64,000 nucleotides of DNA from Octopus vulgaris (lineage: Eukaryota): assembly GCA_951406725.2 (NCBI GenBank), contig OX597816.1, forward strand, positions 35,092,001-35,156,000. Reading direction: 5' to 3'. The notes beneath the pieces were generated by a model. That model did not search any database and was not told where the DNA came from. It worked only from the letters and a program-made list of their open reading frames with translations. The position numbers and the translations under genes are program-made. This document shows positions 1 through 12,389 of this stretch, piece after piece (positions within the stretch are counted from its first letter, which is position 1; each line of letters begins with the position of its first letter).

Positions 1-21
1 CTTGTAATTGTATATCTATCG

Positions 22-46
22 TATATATATATATGTTTGTGTGTGT

Positions 47-88
<42 letters not shown>

Positions 89-143
89 GAGTGTGTGTTT
101 GTGCGTGTGTGTGAGCAAGTGTATGTGTGTGTGTGTGCGAGTG
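22..143. repeat. (TA)n/(GT)n microsatellite
   Basis: Dinucleotide runs seen directly; they explain ORF 33..233. Confidence 0.95.
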
Positions 144-1099
144 TATCGAAATCATACTTTTAACAAATTGGTTCTTTTAGTGTTAAAGCGCCAATGGAAA
201 ACACATTGTGATACAGTAACGAAAAAACATTAGTCATTATTTATACGCTGAAAGGAATACTAAATTACATTGTATGCACACAAATTTACACGAAAATACG
301 TGTATAGTTAAACATACCTACATAAAAACACTCACACGCACATATATACATACATATATGTGTGCCTGTGTGTATAAATGTGTGTGTTCCTGCATACACA
401 CCCATATTATCATATATCTGAGAGATAACTAGAGGTAACGCATATGTTTGAAATTGTAGATGTAATAGAAACATCCATTGGCTATCGTATTTTCATGAAT
501 AAATCTCTGACTAGGCTCTGTAATTATTATACACATCCGTACAGTGTTATTCTATAATTACATTGGTAAAGAATTAGCAGGATTCATTAGCATAAAATGC
601 TACAAAATGTCATTGAATTAATATTACAATCAGCACTCTTATCATACTATCTGTTATCATTCTCATATAAATGTGTAACTTTGTGTGTGTGTGTTTGTGT
701 GTGCGAAAGAGAGTGTTGTATGGACGCCCCCCAGACGATGAAGTAGACTAGCCCAATAAGTAGATGTAGCGGGAGAAATTTAGACGTCAAGCGGAGTTGG
801 GTTAAGTAGAATGCATCCGAACGTGCGACATAACAGCAATATATATATATATCATTTTTGCTTTGGTTAGTAAGATTCTTTATTTGAGTTCTTGTGTTGA
901 AGCATATTCCGTTGTGTATGGGGAAAGTCATTTCCTTGTTGTGCCTTATAATGTAACACACTCACCGGTAAAATTTCCAGTTATTTCTTATTTTTATTTT
1001 CCTAAAATTTTCGTTGCGTCTTGCAACGTTTTCAATAGTTTTGACTATAAGGCACAAAAAGACAATGACTCTCCCCAGACACAACAGTTTATATATATA

Positions 1100-1152
<53 letters not shown>

Positions 1153-1155
<3 letters not shown>

Positions 1156-1330
1156 GGAAGCTTTATGAACATAAACAAAAGACGAAGGCAGGTGGAATAC
1201 AAACAAACAATTGTATTAGTATAGCGCTCAGGAATATAAATAAAACAAGTCTTTTACGTTTCGAGCCTACGCTCTTCAACAGAAAGATACACAGAAACGA
1301 AACACAGAAAGAAACAAGGAGAGAAAAAAA
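1153..1330 (-). mobile_element. Solo terminal repeat (pLTR-like) of a Penelope-like element, inserted in (TA)n
   Basis: Similar to 4550-4720 and to 54086-54245, the 3' end of the GIY-YIG element; TA runs on both sides. Confidence 0.75.
1250..1287 (-). ncRNA. Minimal type I hammerhead-like motif, variant core CUGUUGA
   Basis: Minus strand reads UCUUU CUGUUGA A GAGC GUAG GCUC GAA ACGU A AAAGA. Stems I and II pair; stem III is the palindrome ACGU. Confidence 0.65.
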
Positions 1331-1618
1331 ATATATATATATATACATTCCCACCTAGTCCTTTTTTAGTTAAATCATAAAGATCGTATGATAAAAAAGT
1401 AGCATATATATTGAAAGATTCCTAAAAACGGGCAATTTTAAGAAGATATTTATAAAGGCTTCTTTAATTTCATGATTTGATTTCTGCTTGATAATGTTCA
1501 TGTCCTTTTAATACCAGATATATAAGGTAAGAATTTATAAAATGCAAAGTATTGCGATGTAACAGTGGCAACGAGGATTTCGTAGCTCACACAGCCACTG
1601 TGTAGTATTGCGACATAA

Positions 1619-1619
1619 T

Positions 1620-1650
<31 letters not shown>

Positions 1651-1654
1651 AATA

Positions 1655-1722
<68 letters not shown>

Positions 1723-1725
1723 GAG
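1619..1725. repeat. (GA)n/(GAAA)n microsatellite
   Basis: Seen directly. Confidence 0.95.
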
Positions 1726-2476
1726 AGGCTACCCAACATTTTCGAAGTAAACTAATAAAAATTATATTCATTTTCTTACAATTCGCCGTTTGCCATCAAA
1801 TATTACCAGCTACTTTTAACAATAGCAGATCTGACTTTGATCTGGATTTCTAATAAAATTTCAGCTCGTATTCAGTTTGATCTGCCGGTGTGGCTGCGTT
1901 GGTTTAAGTTGGAAAGCTAAAGCAATATTATACCACAGAGTAATATTTGATTCCCAGACTCAAAATGTTTACATTGTTTACTTTTAAGAACAACATATGC
2001 ATAGTGGTTATGCCTAACATTTCTTTCAAAGGGTTACCGTAATTGTATTGATGAAATTTTGTGTTTGACACCACACTATCTCTCTTTTCCCTATTATTTG
2101 TATCAGTGCTTAGGAGTATAATCAATAGAATATGAAATGAATGAATTATCCAGGAGAGTTTTATTCAGTAGCTGTCCATTGACAAATTCTTCGTCCAATA
2201 AAGAAAATTAAAACTCTGTATTGTTAGATTAAATGTCAAGAAATTGTTATTAAATATGATTAGTATAATATTAAAAAAGAAATAGTGAAAAGTAACTTCG
2301 TTTGGGGGACTTTATATCCCGAACGACAGCAGAACTATGCAATCTAGACAGTAGTCTGATGAGATACATGTCATTTCGGTATTTAAAAAAAAATGGACAG
2401 TAAGTTTCTCTTATTCCACTTCAGGAATATACCCAGTATATCTACTGATATATTGGGTATATTTGAAATGGAATCA

Positions 2477-2512
<36 letters not shown>

Positions 2513-2635
2513 ACACACACATATATATATATGTATATATATAATATTAATTCGAGACAAAATCACTATTTTGGAAAACAAACAAGGAAAGACTTAATCA
2601 ATACATAAAAATTTTAATATAAATTAAATAAACCG

Positions 2636-2679
2636 CCACTACAATTGTTTCATGTCTTCAAATGACATTCGTCAGGTGG
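2636..2679 (-). ncRNA. Canonical minimal type I hammerhead ribozyme
   Basis: Minus strand reads CCAC CUGACGA AUGUC AUUUGAA GACAU GAA ACAAUUGU A GUGG. Full core, stems I and II, palindromic stem III, GUA cleavage site. Confidence 0.85.
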
Positions 2680-3032
2680 ATTTCCGTTCTCAAATATCAA
2701 TATTTTAAAATATAAGTTTAAAATAATAAAATTGTCAATGAAAAAATATAAATATATATAATCTATATATAATCTATATATAATCTATATATAATCAATA
2801 TATAATCTAAAATAAACCCTATAAACAATTGAATATAAAGAAACCTATTATTAAAGTTCTCATATTTAAAGATGTACAAAAAACACAAAACAAAAAACAA
2901 AAAACAGCCAAATACTTCAACACATTACTTATTCATACTCCCTCACACACACATACAACCCACATTCATAAACAATATACATATACCCGCTCACACATAA
3001 ATTTGGATTTATTCCCTAATATTTATTATTAT

Positions 3033-3105
<73 letters not shown>

Positions 3106-4549
3106 TGTTATCTTCTCATATCCTTTAAAAAGATTTTGCTCAGTCAAGATAATTGAAAAAATATGAATAAAAATCGGTTTGTTTAATTAATTTTGCTACA
3201 TTACTTTATCACAAAAGCAACCAGAGTGCAATCACTTTTCAATATAAACGTGTTACATGTTTCTTTGATTGGACGTGTTTCTCCACAAATAACATTTATT
3301 CATATAAATGAATACGTAATCTATATACGTATATAAATAGGTAAATACATGCATATTTACATGCTTACATACACACGTGACTTTTTCTCCGCGATGGGGA
3401 ACAAACGTTATGCACTTTTGTAGAGAGTTCAAAAGAAACTGAAGTGGATTCTCAAAGTCCTAGCTATTACTGACACAATGAAACATTCTAGAACATTCCA
3501 AAGTTTCTGTACCTGAGGTTGTTTAGGCGAACAGATAGATATACTTGGGGATATGCATCGACGTATCAGCCAACACGCTAACTCAACCACATAAATAAAA
3601 TTACTTACACATCAGCTTTTCCGTACTGAATGGCCTGAAAACACCTATACACTTTCGACATCTCCATCCAAATGAATTGATATTAACCGGCGTTCTTTTG
3701 TATTAATATGATCATGGGTTTTCTCCCCATTACATTATATTTATACTTGTGTTATGGCCTAATTTTGTATGCCATCTTTAACTGAATTCATTAGTCAGTC
3801 GTTATTTGGTTGATTAATATTAGATAGCTTAGTCTTAGGAGAATTCGTTTATGTCGTCTAAAATATTTACATTGCAGTTTTCGCAGTATTTAATTGTTAA
3901 CGTGGTGTTCCAATGAATAAAAAAGATTTGTTATCTACTCATTGCAACACAGTGATAATTAAAAAGGAAATCTATACTTCATAGCAACTTTACCTCCTAC
4001 CAAGAAGTTTATTCGTGGAAAAACACTTCTAATCAAATGAGAAGAGAACAGATTCACGAATGGTACTTGAAAATACTGAATGTACTTAGTATGCACTTCA
4101 AGAAGTAAACACAGCTATCAAACAAAACTTAAGTGCCATATTTAACACATTTATATTGCAAAGTAATAGTACTCTGCTTGCCTTTGCGATAAAATAATTT
4201 AGCAAATTAATCAAACAAACAGATTAAATTTGTTCGTCAAAATATTTCTATCTTACGTTGGCTGCAGTGTAAAGCGGTGTAATCATTTAAAAAATACATA
4301 TAAATAATCAAACTTTTGCAATGATAATCGGCATAAATTTGCGCCAAATATAAAAATTTCAAAGTGATTTTACTAATTGTTTTTAATTTGAACAAATTTT
4401 AATTTTAATTTAAAACTCGGACGTTTTCTGAAGTCATTAATTTTTTTAAAAAGTTTTCTACTAGAAATTCCTTCAATGGAGTAATTATATAACTAATGCA
4501 ATAAAAATTCAGATACATTATATGCGTAACGTATATATATATATATATA

Positions 4550-4813
4550 ACGGGAAGGTTTACGAAAATAAAAACAAAAGACAAAGGCAGGTGGAGCACA
4601 AACAAACAAATGTATTGGTATGGCGCTCAGGAATAGAAATAGAACAAGTCTTTTACGTTTCGAGCCTAAGCTCTTCGACAGAAAGATACACAGAAAAGAA
4701 ACAAGGAGAGAAAAAAATGCGTGTAGGCGCTATTATGCATATATATATAAAGTCTTTTGTTTATTTCCGTAAACCTGCCTTCGTCTTTTGTCTATTCTCA
4801 TAAAGCTTCCCGT
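4550..4813 (-). mobile_element. Penelope-like terminal repeat with a short inverted partial copy, in (TA)n
   Basis: 4550-4720 matches 1153-1330; about 4750-4813 is an inverted copy of its end. Confidence 0.7.
4649..4686 (-). ncRNA. Minimal type I hammerhead-like motif, variant core CUGUCGA
   Basis: Minus strand reads UCUUU CUGUCGA A GAGC UUAG GCUC GAA ACGU A AAAGA. Confidence 0.65.
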
Positions 4814-4815
4814 TA

Positions 4816-4847
<32 letters not shown>

Positions 4848-5684
4848 CACATACACATTCACACTCATGTTTTTGCGTTCAATTATGAAATGAGATGATG
4901 TAGGAACGCTGGAGTCCTTGAACAACATGGAAAATATTGCATTTCATTTTTTGGGACATATTAGCTCTAGAACATTCGCAGTTGCAGATAAACTAAACAT
5001 ATCAGGATTTTGGTCATATATTTCGTATTTCTCGGCCGTAATTCTACGAGTACACTTTCTATGCAAATTTAAGTTTATGGTTAATAAATCAGGACTAGCT
5101 GAAGTAACAAAAAAATCACGAAAGATTATGGACTGATGCATGCACGATATCTCTGACGGGTATATGTCATTGGCAGACCTAGTCGGGGGTGGCTTTCTAT
5201 AGTGATGCTAGTGAGAGTTATTCATTTTTAACGCAATATTTTCGATTTGAATATAACAAATGATGAAGACTACATTGCGGCGGTAATGAAAATATCCCCA
5301 TATTTTTCAGGTGATACAAACTATCAAGCCATTTCCCTATCACAATATATATGCGAGTATATACGTACGTGTGTGTGTGTTGTGTATTTCATCTGTATAT
5401 AATGATAATTCCATAAACACCATTAGTAAAATTTTACCTAAAATCTCCAGGAAGGTAAAGAGATAGAGAAAGAACATGCTGACTTCACTTCAGCTTAGAT
5501 ACTAAGATATCCGGAAGAAAGACTTGCTACAGATTTTGCTTGTCACTGTTTTCAGTTCATGAAAGAGCACCTGCAAAAATGAGATTGCCAGTTCCTCTAC
5601 CAGATGTATAAAGAATATTGCTCAGAAATAATGAGGATATGTATGTCTCTCAATGAACAACATATGAGGACAACATTGATAGAA

Positions 5685-5990
5685 TTCTTTTTATTGTGCA
5701 CCAATGTTCACTTTGCAAATGCATTGCTTTATACTGAAGTATTTCCCTTGGAACATTAGTAAAATATAATGGCAAAGAAAAAGTGAGGGAAAAGTTGAAG
5801 ATCATTTGAACGTTTTCAAAGAAGAAACACTTGGGCGTGTTTATGTTGTCACACCAAATGCAAGAGAACTGTATTACATAAGAATTTTATTGCATAAAGT
5901 CCGAAATAGTATTTTACCTTTTGCCCTCGTGCATCGGCATTTTCACTTTGGTGCGGTTGCGACCCAACATATCACGGTAGATAAATCTAG
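5685..5990 (+). mobile_element. Helitron Rep/helicase fragment with possible 3' CTAG end
   Basis: Translation LGRVYVVTPNARELYYIRILLHKVR matches the Helitron RepHel motif GRVYxVxP...YYLRxLLxxVRG; CTAG followed by T at 5987-5991. Confidence 0.75.
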
Positions 5991-7067
5991 TATATATACA
6001 AAAATATATACATATGTTTGTGTGTGTGTGTGTGTATGAGCTTGTGTGTTTTTATGTGTGTATGTTTGTGTATAATTAATTTTTGATGTTTATCATGTCC
6101 ATAAGTTTTCTAATGTAGTGACACTTTATGAGAGAATTGTTTATTGGTATATTCCTTCTTTGTACATCTAGTCACTTGAAAGTAGAATGTTCCATCATGT
6201 TTGAGCATAAACTACCCAAATTTGTCATGGGTGGTGGGAGGATGGAAATTTCTCCGTGGTGACATAATTTTAGTATCTAGCCACTGACTGAAATATTTAA
6301 TGGCATTCTTCGCAGCCTCTGTTACAAGGTTTTATCATATGAATTCAACTATGTTACATACTTGCGATAAAATGTTAAGAAATCTCTTAATACAAAATCC
6401 ACTACACACAAACAACTGTTCTCGATATCATGCCCTGTGATTATATTAACCGTGTCATTACCCTCACACTACCCACACGTTTTGACTTCTGTACAGTCCA
6501 CCTTCTTTTACCTATCTCCACATAACATTATCCTTACTATTCACACACTCATATAGGCAAAGAATCTTTTACTTAAGTCCATTGACCTTAAAGCGCATGA
6601 CCCTACTTGAAATGACTTTTTAAAACATATTATTATTTTCCCCTTTTTTGCAGTAAACTTCATACCGTTATTGTTTATGAGTAACATTACTTTCTATGTA
6701 CATAGTAGGCTTATTGTCATTGAGCCTACTAGATTTCAATGCTGTTAAGACAATTGAAATGAATTTTTAAAACATTTCAACATTTTTCACTTTTTTGTAA
6801 TTACTTACTTTATGTGTAACCCCTATACTTCATTCTCATTCACCCAAGTATATTAGGAATGTTGTTTAAACAATTTGTTTGAAAATATTGTAGTCTAGAC
6901 TTTCTATAGACTCACATTCCTCCGCGTCACCTGAAATATTACACGATAGACTTCTGTGTACAAAGATCACACAGAGCACGATATCTAATTACCTTACCCC
7001 TTTTGGTTTTATATTGCGTTGACCTAAAATTAGCAGTTTTTTTCTTCGGAATGAAAAAAAGAAAGTA

Positions 7068-7549
7068 CCGTAAATCCTCGAGTATAGTCCGCCCTAGTGT
7101 ATAATACGCAGGGGATTTTTAGGGGGCTGTACCTCTGAAAAAGTCTAAACCTTGTGTATAATACGCACCCCTTCTTTAACTTGAGTCAAGGAGTTCTATA
7201 TACCGTCCTTGCTTTGTAAAAATCTATACGGTAACATCCTTTATTATTATTGTACATATAACATGATGTAAGCATGTAGTATTTTTGTGCATTTTGTTTG
7301 CAGTTAAATAAAGAAATAACAGTAATAACGTTGAATAAGTGTTGCTAACTGCATGTTAAGCATGATTTAAGTTTGTTTCGCGCCCGACATCACAAAATGC
7401 GTCTGAATAAATATTGCCGGACTGCAAATAGAGACTCGGACATTGCTTAGAAAATAATTTTCATTCTTAACATCGTATATAGTATGCACTAGGGATTTTG
7501 ACCTTTAAATTGTGGGAAAAAAATGTGGATTATATTCGAGGATTTACGG
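7068..7549. mobile_element. Tc1/mariner-superfamily (Tc2/pogo-like) MITE, 482 bp
   Basis: About 25-bp TIRs CCGTAAATCCTCGAGTATAGTCCGC and GTGGATTATATTCGAGGATTTACGG, with TA target duplication on both sides; no coding capacity. Confidence 0.9.
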
Positions 7550-10500
7550 TAGATTTAATACATAAGAAAACTCTTTAACATGGGTGTCATTGGGATTTTG
7601 GATCTTCACTGATGTAACTCCCAAGATTTGCGCACACACAGTCACATGCATATATATTTCCGTGTGAACCGTGCTAAAAATAAAGTTAAAATCCACTAGA
7701 GATGGCTCATATGTTTTAAACATATTACCTGGTGAGTTGCAGATATAATTTGTGTCATACGAATACACAAAACAAACCGTCCCTGCATATAAAGTGTCGC
7801 AAAAATTTAACGTCTTTCTCATGCTGAGATTAGTCAGACTCAAACAGTCAGAGTTAATATATAGAGATAGGTACATATACTTCCTATGATATTGCTGCAG
7901 ATTAGAATGTGAAAGACTAGATTAGAATGCTTTGTGATGTTTTCTCGGAAAAATAAAACCTTTTCGATTGGATTTATGTTTTAAAATACATCAAACAGAA
8001 CGCCATGTGATATGAGAGGTTTACAGACATCGAGTCTGAACACACATCACCAAATATACTTTCTCATTTCTGAAATATTTAACACATGTTGATTCGTCAC
8101 CTGCTAATAAACGGCAAACTTCTGCCGAACAGATTGTTGAGTTTAATCATTTGACGTCAATGGGAACTAGATACCATATGTTTTTACACACAAGGACTAT
8201 ACGGCGAAGTCTTTTCTCTGCGACAATATCCTGTAAATGAGCTTTGCGTTCGAATGTATAGAAATATGTTAAAAATAAATGTACACATCAATGCAGTGAT
8301 CCTCTCTTTTCTTGTGCTCTAGTAGCATATGCCCTAACATAAAGCGAATGAGAAAATCAAATATGAACATAAAGAGTCCCATCACTCCCATCAAAAACTT
8401 GATACGGATAATCAATATTAAAAATTACAATACCATAACTAACAGATTTCGAGGATGTCTTACAACAGTTCAATTAAAAATTACGAAACCTAAAAAGAGA
8501 TGCAGGGCAATAATATAGTTCTTCACCTTTCTTTTTTAATATTAAGGCTAACATAGGAAAACATTTCCGGGCATAATTAGATGGTAATAGATGCTCAGTG
8601 ACAATATCATACAGCTCTCCGAATACTAAGGTCATTATCACTCACAAATCATATTCTGAAGCCCACTTCTATTTGTAACCTTTTTGAACCTGAAGCTGTA
8701 CACTGAATCAAGCAGTTTTGGTAAACTCAGTCGCTTAGGAAGCTGACACCAAGCAGTACTCCAAATAACATAATCGAAAGTAAAAGTTATGTGGGTTTAA
8801 TTGAATACTAAAAATATACAAGGACATATAGGTATATAGATATATTAACATACTAATAATAGAATATATACAAAAAACGTTTTTTTTTGTTTAAATCAAA
8901 ATATGGTATTGTAATAGGCATTAAAACGAGTTTTGTAATACATGTTAGAAACAATAGAGTGTACCCCCAATTGTTTGTAGAGTTCATTTGTCCGAATTAC
9001 AGAGGAATCTTAACATTCATTCCCAAAGAATTCCCCATTCTCAGGGAAAAATGAAAATTATGTTTACTCTAGATATGCGTTCAGTTCTTGACGAAGGTGT
9101 GATAAAATTGGATGCATTTAAACGTTCAAATCAGGCAGATTACGATTAACACATACATATAAGCGTTTAGTTAAGATAAAATAAAGATTGTCTGAACTGA
9201 AACAAATATTCCATTCTATCCACTGCACTTACCTAACGTCTCCGTTTCTACTTGAGCACTTCTACGCTATCTATGTGTTTTCTCCATAATGTTTTCTTCT
9301 GTTTCTTAACGAATGTTATTATTTGGAAGGCAGGAAGAATTACGTAAAGTCTATTTAAGATGCATAAAATAGTATTTTAATATAAAATCGTTAGAAACAC
9401 ATATTTGCAAATCCAAAGATCACACTTTAATTATAACGGTATCTTGCACTTTAACAAGCAATGTAGATAAATTAACCACTATTATCGGATGAAAATGATG
9501 AGAAAATGATAATGGAGCCATGAAACTAAAAGGTTTGCTGAATCAGTCCGACGATATAAAAATTTGAATTCCAGATTATTTAAGGGCATTTCATTTATAG
9601 TTGTTATGTTTGTATCTACTTACCATTTCATTTGAAGATTTACATCAAGCACTACAAGCCATGGAAAAAGGATCGCATTCAATTATTATCATATTTATTT
9701 GTAGATGCTAAGCCTACATTTAAAATATATGATTAAAATATCTTCCAATAGACGTTAAGAGTCCGCGCAGTTTTCTGTTCAGAATATCCATAAAACTTAC
9801 GAAAGATGGAAACATAGCAGTCACTTATATAAGTTGTGTGATAATGATAGTTCATGGTAACTGAGTGTTTATCAGTTTGATTTATAAATATTTTACTCGT
9901 ATATAAGAATGATATACAATTTAGCTGACAGCTTCATCATGCTGCTTCTGCTGGTTTTAAATAACGATTACGTGAAGATTAATAATAAGTTGAATTTTAA
10001 ATATAAAGTTAAAATCTAATTTATATAATGACATTTTCAGACGTTTTTTCTGTTTATTCCTGATATAAAAGTATAGATGTGTGAAAATATTTTGCTTTTT
10101 CTCAAATATATATTCATGAGATCTGGCAAGTTGTTATTACACTTAAATATCAATAAAATAAAACGACGAGTGCGTTAATAGTTAAAATGGTATTACAATA
10201 GGATTGGTGGTGCTTTAGAAATTTAATTTTCGAATAAAGCAGATGTTACATCTGCCCTCACTAACACACACATTTTGCATTAGACTGTGTCAGAATTTTG
10301 CTGAAATGCAATTTATTCTAAAAACTAGATAAACCAAACAAATTTGAAATATATAGCAATTAAAAATTAAAAGATTATAGTGTGATGGATATCAATATAT
10401 TTAAAGCTTGGAGTATGAAACTGAAGATTCAAGAAATAAGTATGCGAGGAAAAGATAGCATATACTATTCCACAGGTTTACTATAAACAAAATATGGTCC

Positions 10501-12169
10501 AGAAATGTATAAACCCTTGCTTTTAGGGGTTTCCCCATTTCATTGCAGGATCGGAAATATTTTGCAAATTTGGAATTGTATACGTATATAACTGAAATAT
10601 GAACCTACTATACATCAGAACTTGGTTAAATATATAAGAATTTTATATAGATTATGTCTGTATGTAATTTTAAATTAAATATAGTGGAATATTCTTTTAC
10701 GAAATTTTGTTTGGAAAGGAAGGCCTGTATATTTCTTATTTTATAGATAAATTGAACTCACTCTTTCTTCTGTAGCTACAGCATTACTTTCGGCTATTTA
10801 AGTCAATTACTGGCTTGTCAATTTGTAAGTCTATTTAAGATAATGTAAAATAACAAGAAATAATAAAATGGAGAGGAATATTTTTCCATAGACTCAGCCG
10901 TTACACATTGGTTGAATTTATCTTTATATTAGTTTCCTTTTGTTATGAATATTAAATTAAAATATTAGTGAGTATGTAATTTTTTAATGATCAGCGGGAA
11001 CTCTGAATTGAATTATTTCCCCAAGTGTGTATAACAAATTTATAATGATATTTTTCTGAAGCAGATACGTGAATATTGCCTAATATTTTCCTGTTGTGTA
11101 TTTCAAATTAGGTGTCCGTAATTATCATTTCTATTCGTTTCAGAGTTTATGAAATATGAGCTAGTTATGATTATACATACTTTACGAGAACTGTTACCAC
11201 ACTTATTAAACCTTGTTAACATCACATATTGTATTCTGATTTATAATTTCACCTGCAAAGTTTATGGTAATCAATTGTGTCTGATTTGTCTGGCCGTTTT
11301 AAATTACGGGGTTGTAGTTGGTATAGACGTCTAAATGAAACGACATTGTGCATGTCCTTTATGGAACCTCTGGAGAAATGTCTTAAACGTTCCCTTTAAT
11401 TTTTTGAAAGGCAATATCAACAAACAGATCACGGGCATGGAGGACATTCCACATGGCTTATAGTATAAGACGGAAGAATTCATCATAATTATTAGTGCAG
11501 AGTTGAAGGGAACTGGAACTCCTGAAGTTACGAGGTACTGAAGAAACGTAAGTGTGGCTATCGCTAAGTAACAATAACAATTATAGGGGCAATAGAAACA
11601 CTAGAAATGGAGGTCGGTACAACTGCGATCCAGAGCCTGGAGTGTGTATATTAGTGACAGAATGCCAATTAGTATAGTTACCCTCTCTTACACGCAGACG
11701 AAGGTGTATATTTGTATAATAGCGGCACCGTCTCAGAAATGAGACTGGTATTGCAATGCAGAATACATTAGACCATTGAATATATCAAAGACCGTATTTT
11801 GTACTGATCATCACCAAACGGTACAAAACAAAGTCTAATGTATTGGGTGTTGAAGGGGGTCAAGAATACCCCAATAAAAGTTTTTAATACAAGCTTATTC
11901 CATTGATATTATCTTTTTACATACAATTTTTGAAAATCAACTTCAACAAAAATAAACATTGAAAAGGAAAAAATTCTACAGAACTTATACTCTATACAAA
12001 AGAGCTCATGATAATGATTAGTGTATTGCGTAGTTCAATGGATTGGATGATTCAAGTGCTACGAGAGACTGAAGGAAGACTCGTTTCAGAAGCACCTGCA
12101 TTTTTAAGACGAAAACTGAAGCTACAATCAAGTAACAACAGCCATACAGCCACCATAGTATCAATAGAA

Positions 12170-12241
12170 GTCTAGAGTCTGTCTACCTTATGTGAAAAGC
12201 CTCTCCGAAGAGATACAGAAGATATGCGGCCATATGACATC
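12170..12241 (+). mobile_element. Short Penelope-like element fragment
   Basis: Near-identical to 15957-16029 (CLPYVKxLSEEIQKICG). Confidence 0.75.
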
Positions 12242-12306
12242 GAAAGATGACTTGTGTGATTATATTTCATATAACTTTGTAGTTTGGTATATTTCATTTT
12301 ATTTTA

Positions 12307-12389
12307 GGTTGTTGTTGTTGTTGTTCTTCTTCTTCTTCTTCTTCTTCTTCTTCTTCTTCTTCTTCTTCTTCTTCTTCTTCTTCTTCTTC
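12307..12389. repeat. (GTT)n(CTT)n microsatellite
   Basis: Seen directly. Confidence 0.95.

Noticed and set aside
2350-2400. CTGATGA GATAC...GTATTT hammerhead remnant
   Set aside because: GAAA, stem III and stem I are missing; could be chance.
11590-11820. Possible Gypsy RNase H remnant (FCTDH)
   Set aside because: Only one short motif; too degenerate to support.
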